Sequence record: PZ445446.1
Length of the DNA stretch: 64,000 nt
Direction: 5' to 3' (one strand)
Source of the DNA: a phage
Position 1 is the first letter of the stretch. Every line of letters begins with the position of its first letter. Positions 27,826 to 36,284 of this stretch are shown here, in pieces. Under the pieces are notes generated by a model. The model did not search any database. It was not told the DNA's origin and was given only the letters and a program-made list of their open reading frames with translations. Both the position numbers and the translations under genes were made by a program.

Positions 27826-28118
27826 TCTCCCTCTACCGTGGTCGGATTGTCAGTAAGAAATTGAGCATTGGCTGGAGGCACGCCTGACATTTTCCACACA
27901 ACCATAAGTTTGTAACCAGGAACTCTATTAAGTGCAGATCGAGTAGAGTTTGTGCACGTATACTTTCGCTTTCCAAACCCGTTCTCCATCATAATCCAGT
28001 ACCCAGTATCTTTGTCACCAGGTATCGGTAGACCACCTTCATCAACCCACTGAATGGACCACGGCACGATGGCTACAGCTTTATATTTAAACTTTTTAAA
28101 CCACTCAAAAAGTTTCAT
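27822..28118 (-). CDS. hypothetical protein
   Basis: 98 aa ORF. Confidence 0.45.
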   Translation of the reverse strand: MKLFEWFKKFKYKAVAIVPWSIQWVDEGGLPIPGDKDTGYWIMMENGFGKRKYTCTNSTRSALNRVPGYKLMVVWKMSGVPPANAQFLTDNPTTVEGD

Positions 28119-28213
28119 AATTCAGCCTCGCATAGACATAATCACTATAAACAGGCAAACAATGAATCCGAATGCCACGCCACCCATAAACGTTAATATT
28201 GATGCAATCATAG

Positions 28214-28477
28214 TCAATCAGCCTCGCTTGGCAACTCTTCTACCTTAACATGCCGAAAAGTGTTACCGTAATGGTTGATCCATGACATCAGCTCGCTTTC
28301 TTGCTCTTCCTCTGGGATGAACTCTCGAATGCTGACAAGTTTTAAGAAAACCCAATCACAATCTGCACCCATTCTACCAGACAGGCAATAGTGCTTCATA
28401 AAAACCCCCCCACCTGGTTTAGAATATTGCTTCTTCCATTGCACCTGAGAGCAACAAAGAGGTGATCTGGCTAACAT
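28214..28477 (-). CDS. hypothetical protein
   Basis: 87 aa ORF. Confidence 0.4.
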   Translation of the reverse strand: MLARSPLCCSQVQWKKQYSKPGGGVFMKHYCLSGRMGADCDWVFLKLVSIREFIPEEEQESELMSWINHYGNTFRHVKVEELPSEAD

Positions 28478-28613
28478 TCATCTCAGACTCTACTTCCTCC
28501 CCTTTGAAAGGTTCGCGGCAGAATAGGACTGTTTCAGGACTTTTACTTCGAACAGTATAATACAAATCATTCAATGTGTTGTAGTAATAAGTGTTAAAAC
28601 GTAAGTTTTTCAT
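28419..28613 (-). CDS. hypothetical small protein
   Basis: 64 aa ORF overlapping neighbour by ~59 nt; weakest of this cluster. Confidence 0.3.
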   Translation of the reverse strand: MKNLRFNTYYYNTLNDLYYTVRSKSPETVLFCREPFKGEEVESEMNVSQITSLLLSGAMEEAIF

Positions 28614-28897
28614 TTTCTAGTCCCCTTCTTAGATTTTTGTGTAGAAACGCTTTCTGCAATACGAGACAAACGTTCTTCTGAAGCCTTGCCTATTCCAGGT
28701 TTTTTGAGTGGGTTATCTTTATGACCACAATCCAATTGGATATTGGATACCTCTCCAACCTTGTAAGTCAATTCTAGCAAAAGGTTGTCGTCCTTGTCAA
28801 ATGTTCTTACGATAAATTTTTTATCGTTCTCCTGAACTTCGTATCGGGTACCCGCAGTATACAGCATGGTGCCATCCGCATAGGATATCCAGATCAT
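28610..28897 (-). CDS. hypothetical protein
   Basis: 95 aa ORF, translationally coupled. Confidence 0.4.
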   Translation of the reverse strand: MIWISYADGTMLYTAGTRYEVQENDKKFIVRTFDKDDNLLLELTYKVGEVSNIQLDCGHKDNPLKKPGIGKASEERLSRIAESVSTQKSKKGTRK

Positions 28898-29241
28898 TGA
28901 ACCTCCTTCTGCTGCAACAGCATTAACTCTTTGTTGGAGATTTTTACTGCTGTTTTTATTGTTCCATCTTCACGAAACCACGACCAGAACTCTACAGTGT
29001 CCCCACTGTCAAGCAAAGCATACCCGTGGTAGAAGTCTTTGTCCTTAGACAGTTTCTCATCTATGTCTGCATCGACACATTCGTGATCCATAGCATTTTG
29101 CCTGAATGCATCGGTTATACCAATGCACGCCTTGCTCTCAAGACTGGTATATCCGATATCTTTTAATTCAGTTTCCCAAGTCCAGTACCCTATAAAAGCT
29201 AAAACAGCTACCCACATTAATAACGTTTTAATCTTTGGCAT
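28894..29241 (-). CDS. putative membrane-anchored or secreted protein
   Basis: 115 aa; N-terminal hydrophobic segment LLMWVAVLAFIGYWTW. Confidence 0.4.
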   Translation of the reverse strand: MPKIKTLLMWVAVLAFIGYWTWETELKDIGYTSLESKACIGITDAFRQNAMDHECVDADIDEKLSKDKDFYHGYALLDSGDTVEFWSWFREDGTIKTAVKISNKELMLLQQKEVQ

Positions 29242-29303
29242 TCTCTCTACCTCTTTCTTAGTTTATTTCACTATGGCACATCCTTTGTGCCATATCTCAA
29301 CCA

Positions 29304-29765
29304 CTACTTAAATAGTAGTCCAAAATAGTGCAAAATTAACAGAAGTTGAACTACACCTAGTGCAACGGCGAGTATGTTAATCTTAGAATCGAAAAACTTC
29401 TTAACTTTTACTCTAAAAGGTTCCTTAATGTCCTTTACGATCCTATTTATAGATGATTTCATATCCCTGATTACCATCCTAAACATTAGAGACGGATCTT
29501 CCTTCTCTGTAATAGAATCGAAAACATACTCTCTTCGGTCATAAGGACCTCCAGATCTGCGTATTAACCTCTCCACAGAGACCTCGTACGACACACCTGT
29601 AACGTAATCATCTATGATAAGTAGTGACGGGTCTTTATCGTCCAAGGGTATTAAAGTTATCTTTCCAGATTTTGTTAAAATTTCTCCTTTTTCAAGCAAG
29701 GTGTACCAATGCTCTCTACCAAGATTGTTGAGGCACGTTTTTACATATTTAACAAACATCGTCAC
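29304..29765 (-). CDS. hypothetical protein with C-terminal TM helix
   Basis: 153 aa; C-terminal ILAVALGVVQLLLILHYFGLLF. Confidence 0.45.
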   Translation of the reverse strand: MTMFVKYVKTCLNNLGREHWYTLLEKGEILTKSGKITLIPLDDKDPSLLIIDDYVTGVSYEVSVERLIRRSGGPYDRREYVFDSITEKEDPSLMFRMVIRDMKSSINRIVKDIKEPFRVKVKKFFDSKINILAVALGVVQLLLILHYFGLLFK

Positions 29766-29965
29766 CCCTCATCGCACGTCTGATATAACCACTCTATGAA
29801 ATCTTGATACCATTCGCCCTCTGAGCGCTCCGTAGGCCAATAATCTTCACCCTCTCGTGCATTAAAATCTGAGTATTCAACTTTCCACTCCTTTACCAGC
29901 TCGTGGAGAAGGTTTTCAGCCTGCTCTAAAGATTTATTTTTTGCCATTGCTGTCTCCTTTTTCAA
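29762..29965 (-). CDS. hypothetical small protein
   Basis: 67 aa ORF; start possibly the internal Met at MAKNK. Confidence 0.4.
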   Translation of the reverse strand: MKKETAMAKNKSLEQAENLLHELVKEWKVEYSDFNAREGEDYWPTERSEGEWYQDFIEWLYQTCDEG

Positions 29966-30166
29966 GATAGTTATACATCAGAACTGCACCACCTAAGATG
30001 GCTACCAGTAACAATATCCCAGATAGCATCTCAATAAACATGGCTTGAAACACTGGAAGGTCTCCCTAAATTAACGCACCATTTTAAATACATGCTCTTT
30101 TCCCATAAAGGTGCCTGGCTAAGATCTGCGTAGAACGCAATCTCTTTAAGAACAGTATAGATAGTT

Positions 30167-30394
30167 TTAGGTGCGGTCTCCATCCCTACTCTCCTTCCTG
30201 ATATTCTTGTAGTAATCAACTAGGCACATTATTACGATGAAGATAACAACAGGCCAAAAAGGTGCAGCAGTGATGATGGTGATAAAATCATCAAACTTCA
30301 CCCTTCGTCTGGACACGATGCATACACCTGTCAAGAATACCGCTGTTATAACGGACATTACCAGGTAACCTATTAGCACAACATTTATACTCAT
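30167..30394 (-). CDS. putative membrane protein
   Basis: 75 aa, two hydrophobic helices. Confidence 0.4.
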   Translation of the reverse strand: MSINVVLIGYLVMSVITAVFLTGVCIVSRRRVKFDDFITIITAAPFWPVVIFIVIMCLVDYYKNIRKESRDGDRT

Positions 30395-30424
30395 TGGTCC
30401 TCCCTTTGTAGGTTAAATTGTATA

Positions 30425-30958
30425 CTACAAATGGTCGCTGAGGGTGTCAAGAAAATTATCCCGTTCTTTCTCAGAGTTTTCATGTGTGTAGCTGAAAAAC
30501 ATATCGAGAATAACCTTATTGATATATTCCAGCTCCTCTGTGTTCAGATGCTTAGCAGGATCTACAATGACATCCCAAATATCATACAGACCACACTCAT
30601 GATACCCATAACGCCACTCAATTGTCAAGCTGAGCGGCAAATCTTTACCTTCACAAACAACCTTCCATCTACATATGTTGGTATCTGGTCGTACCTGTGC
30701 ACGGTAAACCTGCACAAAATCCAATTTGAATTTGAGGTACTCGTCATACAATTTAAGCACAAAGCTCTCGATTTGTGGAGACACTTTTGCAGCAAACTGT
30801 GCGTATTTGTACTTGCACTGGATGATCTTTCTACGTTTTGCAGTTAAATTTTTTGCCGCCAGTTGTTCTTCAGTGTATCTCCACCTACGATCAACAAACG
30901 CAACAGGGTCTTTGTCCCCATAGAGGTCTTCCCAGTTAATCAGAAGCATACCTGTCAC
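30425..30958 (-). CDS. hypothetical protein
   Basis: 177 aa ORF. Confidence 0.45.
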   Translation of the reverse strand: MTGMLLINWEDLYGDKDPVAFVDRRWRYTEEQLAAKNLTAKRRKIIQCKYKYAQFAAKVSPQIESFVLKLYDEYLKFKLDFVQVYRAQVRPDTNICRWKVVCEGKDLPLSLTIEWRYGYHECGLYDIWDVIVDPAKHLNTEELEYINKVILDMFFSYTHENSEKERDNFLDTLSDHL

Positions 30959-31188
30959 TCCTCCACAACTTCAAGGCCTTTACCGCCTCGCTCTGGCAGA
31001 TTACTTAAAGATAGGTAATACATATAATCAGGAGAGATCCTGCCAGACTCTGCACCTGCAGCTAGTAAATCCTTCCCTTTAACCAGGACAACATTCTCGT
31101 TTGCAGATAGCCGTTTTGCTTCCACAATTTTACCAACACAGTCAACCAAGGAAGGGTACCCTAAATCTGTAAGAAATTTAACTTTCAT
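30955..31188 (-). CDS. hypothetical protein (DLIAAGA family)
   Basis: 77 aa beginning MKVKFLTD with DLLAAGA motif. Confidence 0.45.
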   Translation of the reverse strand: MKVKFLTDLGYPSLVDCVGKIVEAKRLSANENVVLVKGKDLLAAGAESGRISPDYMYYLSLSNLPERGGKGLEVVEE

Positions 31189-31225
31189 GCTACCTCCTAC
31201 CTACCGTCCCTGGTAAGATAAATTA

Positions 31226-31624
31226 TTACTGAACAGAGCGCGGTGCTGGGAAGGATAACTCTTCTAAAGAGAAGATTTCATTTCCTACCACCCAAGTTGC
31301 TGGGTCATCTGGATCAACAGGTTGGATAATCATTACCTCATCCGCCTCGCACACACGTTTCCCACCCATAGTAGCGTCAGCCACTAACATACGCGGCTCT
31401 TCAGAAATGCACAGGTAGCCACCTCGGCCCACTGTTCCTTCCACGGGATCCTGCCCTTTGACCACAATGAATACCTTCTCTCCTGTGGCGATATTACTTT
31501 TCACACTAACAGTTTGACCAACTTTAGATGTACCGATCTTGGTGGCTTCAAACATTAAATCCCGAATTACTGTTGCATAGTTGCCGGACACTTTCTTACC
31601 TTCTTTAGTAATCTCAATCTTCAT
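31226..31624 (-). CDS. hypothetical protein
   Basis: 132 aa beginning MKIEITK. Confidence 0.45.
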   Translation of the reverse strand: MKIEITKEGKKVSGNYATVIRDLMFEATKIGTSKVGQTVSVKSNIATGEKVFIVVKGQDPVEGTVGRGGYLCISEEPRMLVADATMGGKRVCEADEVMIIQPVDPDDPATWVVGNEIFSLEELSFPAPRSVQ

Positions 31625-31893
31625 AATCTAGGCTCCTTAAATGAATCTATGTAATCAATTAAATCCCAAGCATCCCTATGACCTGTCAGAGGGTATACTT
31701 CTCCAAGAGGGATCATAGCAATAAGTCTATCAAAAACCCAATCTGGACGCAACATTTTATGGTGATACTCCCACTCACCTTCTACAGACTTTTTCTGAGT
31801 GATCAGGATCTCTGTGTAGTGTTTCGCCTGTCTTGAGTAGATTGAGAATGACTTGTACATAAATGGCCCCCTCTTGTTGAAAACAAAATACAC
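31621..31893 (-). CDS. hypothetical protein
   Basis: 90 aa ORF. Confidence 0.45.
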   Translation of the reverse strand: MYFVFNKRGPFMYKSFSIYSRQAKHYTEILITQKKSVEGEWEYHHKMLRPDWVFDRLIAMIPLGEVYPLTGHRDAWDLIDYIDSFKEPRL

Positions 31894-31895
31894 TA

Positions 31896-32249
31896 CTACC
31901 AGGTCACTGTCAAGTAGGCAACTGTGTTATTTTTCTCCGGAGAGATGCCAACAACATCCACCTGCAGACCTCCTGCCCTCAAATCCCCAACAATGTGTGG
32001 GAAGTAGTCTGAGAGGTGTGATGGGAGATTTATCGAAAATCCACATCCCAGAAAGCCTGCTAACGCTTTATTTTGTATCTCCCCAACAATCGCATCATAA
32101 ATAGAGTTAAGCTCGTCAGGAAGCGTTACAGGACGTTTTAGCGCTAACTGGTGCAACTTGTCCTTAGCACTCATTTTCATTTCAAGTCTGCCTCTGGTGG
32201 TGCCAACCACATAAATGGCGGCAAGTCTAGACGGTTTTTCTTGTCCCAT
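31896..32249 (-). CDS. hypothetical protein
   Basis: 117 aa ORF; true start probably the internal Met near 32180 to avoid overlap with the methyltransferase. Confidence 0.35.
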   Translation of the reverse strand: MGQEKPSRLAAIYVVGTTRGRLEMKMSAKDKLHQLALKRPVTLPDELNSIYDAIVGEIQNKALAGFLGCGFSINLPSHLSDYFPHIVGDLRAGGLQVDVVGISPEKNNTVAYLTVTW

Positions 32250-32710
32250 ACAAAATATGCATATGCCTGCCCATCCGTTCTACCATTAGATTGGAATGAC
32301 GGACGCTTAGATATTGTGATCACAGTGGTAGGTGCATTATCAAGCCACCATTCAAATCTGGCCTTGCTTTCCAGAAAATTAAGACGCAAAAGCATAATAA
32401 CTACGTCGGCATCTTTCAACGCCTTGTCCACAAACTCACGAGCCAGGCTGTACGGCGGGTTGGTGATAATACAGTCAACATGGTTGTATTCTGTATTCAG
32501 ATAGTCAACACCTTCTTGGATTTCTCCCCATGCAGATCCTAACGGCATACGGGAGTAGAACACACCTGAGGCACTATTCCTGCAAGGCTCTAAGTAGGTC
32601 CAGTCTTCTGGGAACGGAATAAGGTCATACAGCCCTTCTGCACACCACTCCGGTGTCACATACTCATCGTAGGCGTTACGTTGTTCATCAGGTTTTCTAG
32701 CACAAGTCAT
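32177..32710 (-). CDS. DNA methyltransferase (small, NPPY-type, N6-adenine or N4-cytosine)
   Basis: 177 aa; catalytic motif IV IITNPPY. Confidence 0.55.
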   Translation of the reverse strand: MTCARKPDEQRNAYDEYVTPEWCAEGLYDLIPFPEDWTYLEPCRNSASGVFYSRMPLGSAWGEIQEGVDYLNTEYNHVDCIITNPPYSLAREFVDKALKDADVVIMLLRLNFLESKARFEWWLDNAPTTVITISKRPSFQSNGRTDGQAYAYFVWDKKNRLDLPPFMWLAPPEADLK

Positions 32711-32761
32711 GCAAATCTCCAGATCATAAAAGCCCTCCGAAGAGGGCTTTAGAATTAATGT

Positions 32762-33811
32762 TTAAGCTTCTTCGACAATTCCTGCACCCAGGATTTTTTC
32801 ATTGAGCTCTTTTGCTGTTTTAATAATATTGTCCACAAGACGCTTGCGAGTCTTATCTTTCACCTTAACCTCTTCACCGCCGTTCAGAGTAGTCTTCAAT
32901 TGAGACAGAATATCCTGAAGTTCAACGACAGAGAATCTCTGCAGATCTTCTGAAGTAATCTCACCCAGGGCAATTCGGACGGTCTCGCCACTTTCCATCT
33001 GCAGATTCAGGAACACAGTGTGAACATCACCTTTCGAACCACCCGCTTTTGCAGATTCAACAGCATGAACTAACTCATCTAAAGATGTGCACTGATGAAT
33101 CTCCGGAAGACCTGCTTCACCTAACACGCCTTCTTCATCACCTTTTGCCAGAAGCTTTTTCGGTTTTTGTCCGTTCTGGATGCGTTGTATGTTGCCTTCA
33201 TCCAGAATAATAGCTCCAGTGCGTGCTGCCAACTCTTCTCCGTCCAACCACACTTCGCCACCAGCTGTGATGGATGCGATCTCATCTTCTGTCAGCACCC
33301 CACCGTAGTATTTTTCGATCAGGTGTTCAAAACGTTTTTTCCAGTAGCTGACCTGAGTATTCATGTTAACACCGTTACCATAAGTGCCACCTTGATAGTA
33401 GTGGAACATAAATTCTGTGTCCGGAGCCACAGTACGTTCTTTGCAACCAAGCCATAAGATTGTTCCAGCAGAGCAGCACATCCCTTCAGCATGTGCAACA
33501 ACGCTTGCCTGAGACTCGCGGAATGCCTGCAGATAGGCCATTGCAATGTGCACGCAACCACCAGGGCTATTGATGATCACACGAATGCTTTCTTCCGGCT
33601 GAGCCATACGGATCGTCTGCAGACGAGACATATGATCCTGCAGGTCCTCCAAATCGTCGATATAAAGAACGTGGTCAACAACAGGTGTTGGGTAGCTGTA
33701 TGTTTCCATGATACCGCCCGGCATACCAAACATTTTATTACTCATAGGTTCGAAACCGTTCTGTTTTTCTTTCATGCCGTGTACCATGGTGCTGCGAGGT
33801 GTTAAATTCAT
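32762..33811 (-). CDS. ClpP-like serine peptidase with C-terminal extension
   Basis: 349 aa; VIINSPGG and G-x-CCSAG resemble ClpP YINSPGG and GQAASMG; ~150 aa extra C-terminal region. Confidence 0.55.
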   Translation of the reverse strand: MNLTPRSTMVHGMKEKQNGFEPMSNKMFGMPGGIMETYSYPTPVVDHVLYIDDLEDLQDHMSRLQTIRMAQPEESIRVIINSPGGCVHIAMAYLQAFRESQASVVAHAEGMCCSAGTILWLGCKERTVAPDTEFMFHYYQGGTYGNGVNMNTQVSYWKKRFEHLIEKYYGGVLTEDEIASITAGGEVWLDGEELAARTGAIILDEGNIQRIQNGQKPKKLLAKGDEEGVLGEAGLPEIHQCTSLDELVHAVESAKAGGSKGDVHTVFLNLQMESGETVRIALGEITSEDLQRFSVVELQDILSQLKTTLNGGEEVKVKDKTRKRLVDNIIKTAKELNEKILGAGIVEEA

Positions 33812-33871
33812 GAGAAATCCTTAATATTGGAAGTTGAAAGCTATTTATTTAAACCTGATTCACATTTACCT

Positions 33872-34183
33872 TTATTTAGCAATCACTATGGAGTACTTAC
33901 GATTGTCAGAAGCATCACAACTCAATGATTGCCAATCTACCACATACCACGTATCATTGTCAACAATTACTTTATCGCCTGTTCTGTAGCAAGTGCTGCT
34001 TTCAATAATTCGAGACTCGATAAAGAATCTGTGTCGGCGCTCACGTAGCAACGCTAAGTTGATTATATTACCACCGCTGTCCTTGATCCACACATTCTTG
34101 GATCCCTTATTTGCCAAAATTGTCTCGCCGTTATAGACAAACAGGCAGTATATTTTATTCAGTTTCTCTTGTATTGTAGCCAT
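33872..34183 (-). CDS. hypothetical protein
   Basis: 103 aa ORF. Confidence 0.4.
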   Translation of the reverse strand: MATIQEKLNKIYCLFVYNGETILANKGSKNVWIKDSGGNIINLALLRERRHRFFIESRIIESSTCYRTGDKVIVDNDTWYVVDWQSLSCDASDNRKYSIVIAK

Positions 34184-34284
34184 ACTGTCCTTCTCTCTGT
34201 TTTGTCCGATAATAATATCTAAAGCTTACCTATTTGTCAACAACTGTTTTAGATATTTAAGGGTGGAATAACCACCCTTCTGTA

Positions 34285-35073
34285 TTACTCGGAAACAGGG
34301 GTCCAAATATGATTTGCACGATCCTCAATAAGATTGAGTGCGATCTGACGACCCAACCCAGAACGAACGACATCGTCTGGACTATCAAAGCTGATCATTC
34401 CAACCTCAGGATCTGGATGACGAGTAAAGAAATCCGTCACCCATGCAAGGCCAGATTTACCAGGGATGTCACGTTGGCTATTATCACCCATAATTACAAG
34501 GGTGGCTTGATCAGAGATCCTTGTGATAATTGACAACATTTCTTCAGGGTTAGTTTGCTGTGCCTCGTCAATCAGGACAAAGCATCGCTCATCGAAACTA
34601 CGACCACGAATGCTTTCAACTTCACAAATCTCGATACGGCTGTTCTGACCGTCTCCCAGCATTGCGGCAAAAGCACCTTTGCCAACACGACGACAAATCG
34701 TGTCCATCATGCTTCGAAGATAGGGCCACAGTTTCTGCATTGCATTTCCAGGTTTAAATCCTGAAGTCTTTCCTGTCTGAACGTAAGGACGTGCAACAAT
34801 AATCTTATCAATCTCGTTCTTACGCAGAAGATCACCTGCATATGCAGATGCCATGAATGTCTTACCGGATCCAAACACACCGTTTACAATAATAATCTTA
34901 CGTGACCCTAGATAATCAAGATACTTTTGCTGCTTCTTATTCATTGGTCGGAGAGCTGGAGCGGTGTGCTCTCTTTCGTCAGCAAATTTCTCAGCAGCCT
35001 TACGCAGGCGATCAGATTTGCGAGCCTCTCTAGCTTCATCACGCATGCGTTTTGTTTCTTTAGCTCGACCCAT
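34285..35073 (-). CDS. phoH: PhoH-like ATPase
   Basis: 262 aa; Walker A GVFGSGKT and overall PhoH-like layout. Confidence 0.75.
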   Translation of the reverse strand: MGRAKETKRMRDEAREARKSDRLRKAAEKFADEREHTAPALRPMNKKQQKYLDYLGSRKIIIVNGVFGSGKTFMASAYAGDLLRKNEIDKIIVARPYVQTGKTSGFKPGNAMQKLWPYLRSMMDTICRRVGKGAFAAMLGDGQNSRIEICEVESIRGRSFDERCFVLIDEAQQTNPEEMLSIITRISDQATLVIMGDNSQRDIPGKSGLAWVTDFFTRHPDPEVGMISFDSPDDVVRSGLGRQIALNLIEDRANHIWTPVSE

Positions 35074-35111
35074 GTTGGGACTCCTTTCAGATTGAGATGT
35101 GCCAAGTACTT

Positions 35112-35462
35112 TTACTGCAACAGTTTTTCAATAGCCGCTTCCATGCTGCTTGCAACAGCCTGAACTCGGATATTCATCTCTTCTTGGTGGATCAGCTCCT
35201 TAAGCTCTTTAATGGTAAATTCTTTAGAGAAACCTTCCACCATAATCTTGTGCAAGGCTTCTTGCGTGTCTACTTGCAAGAACTTTTCCAGTTTGTTGGC
35301 AGAGGCTTCTAAATCAGCCCGAATACGAGGGTCATCTGTGCGATTCAGCATTAGGCGTAAGCCATCAAGATTAGTAGAAATAGCATCTGCATGTTGAGTA
35401 ACTAACCGTGGCAAAATGAGATCTACAAACTTATTAGCCAAATCGATACGTTCTTGTGTCAC
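35112..35462 (-). CDS. hypothetical protein (GTG start)
   Basis: 116 aa ORF; first codon is GTG at 35462. Confidence 0.4.
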   Translation of the reverse strand: MTQERIDLANKFVDLILPRLVTQHADAISTNLDGLRLMLNRTDDPRIRADLEASANKLEKFLQVDTQEALHKIMVEGFSKEFTIKELKELIHQEEMNIRVQAVASSMEAAIEKLLQ

Positions 35463-35572
35463 TGTTGCACCCCCTCTTCATCTTCATGATGTTTCTTTTC
35501 ACGCTTGTGTTTTTTCTTAAGCTCAAGCGCAATCTCTTTCTTGTACGCCTTCTTCAAGGCTTTTTTAGCCAT
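35459..35572 (-). CDS. hypothetical lysine-rich micro-protein
   Basis: ~37 aa ORF not in track; SD ggagg 7 nt upstream; stop overlaps downstream GTG start. Confidence 0.3.
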   Translation of the reverse strand: MAKKALKKAYKKEIALELKKKHKREKKHHEDEEGVQQ

Positions 35573-35634
35573 TTGGCACCTCCTCTGCTTTCATTACGGC
35601 AATTATAACCAACTCAACAAAGCTTTGTCAACAA

Positions 35635-36108
35635 CTAGTCTACCTGAACCCAACCGCCTGATACTTTTTTAAACATTCTTTGGTTATCACTGCCTCGGAA
35701 CGGTTTCTTGGTTGGTAAATCTTTTACATACTTACCGTCAATGATGATATCAGCCAGTTTAAGAACATCACTAGAGATATGGTCAAATGTGAACCCAGTA
35801 TATACAAGAATAGTTTTCTTGTCACCAAATTTTTCCTTAATTTTCTCCATCAGGCTAATAATATCTGGCTCATTATAGTATGCTAAGGGTTCTCCACCCA
35901 GTAGAGAGATACCGCACACAGACGGGTTATCTAAATCTGACAAGATTTTTTGCAAGTCTTCTTCAGTGAACTTCCTCCCCTTATCTTTTGACCAAAATGC
36001 CTGATTAAAGCAACCAGGGCAAGCGTGTGGGCACCCAGATACCCACAAGGCAGTTCTAATACCTGGTCCTTCGGTGTAAGATATTTCTGTGTATCCAGCA
36101 ATGTTCAT
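35635..36108 (-). CDS. nrdG: anaerobic ribonucleotide reductase activating protein (radical SAM)
   Basis: 157 aa; CPHACPGC radical-SAM cysteine cluster; directly downstream of nrdD. Confidence 0.75.
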   Translation of the reverse strand: MNIAGYTEISYTEGPGIRTALWVSGCPHACPGCFNQAFWSKDKGRKFTEEDLQKILSDLDNPSVCGISLLGGEPLAYYNEPDIISLMEKIKEKFGDKKTILVYTGFTFDHISSDVLKLADIIIDGKYVKDLPTKKPFRGSDNQRMFKKVSGGWVQVD

Positions 36109-36221
36109 AGATACTCCGCATCACATTTAGGGCAATGCCAAATAAAATCGTCTAGTGCCTTGCACCAACGAAGATTACAACTACAGCCGCACTTGCAAAT
36201 TTTATAAATACCTGATGACAT
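36105..36221 (-). CDS. hypothetical Cys-rich micro-protein between nrdD and nrdG
   Basis: 38 aa ORF not in track (MSSGIYKICKCGCSCNLRWCKALDDFIWHCPKCDAEYL); ggagg SD 6 nt upstream; stop overlaps nrdG ATG. Confidence 0.35.
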   Translation of the reverse strand: MSSGIYKICKCGCSCNLRWCKALDDFIWHCPKCDAEYL

Positions 36222-36284
36222 ACTGCACCTCCTAGCTCACTGTGTGTCAATAATATGCCACATCCTTGTGGCTTTTGTCAAGAA

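Noticed and set aside
33167-33805. Plus-strand ORFs antisense to the ClpP-like gene, and similar antisense ORFs inside phoH, nrdD, nrdA and thyX (e.g. 34555-34764, 37132-37323, 40498-40758, 43104-43523)
   Set aside because: Entirely nested within well-supported longer genes on the opposite strand and lacking expression signals; shadow ORFs.
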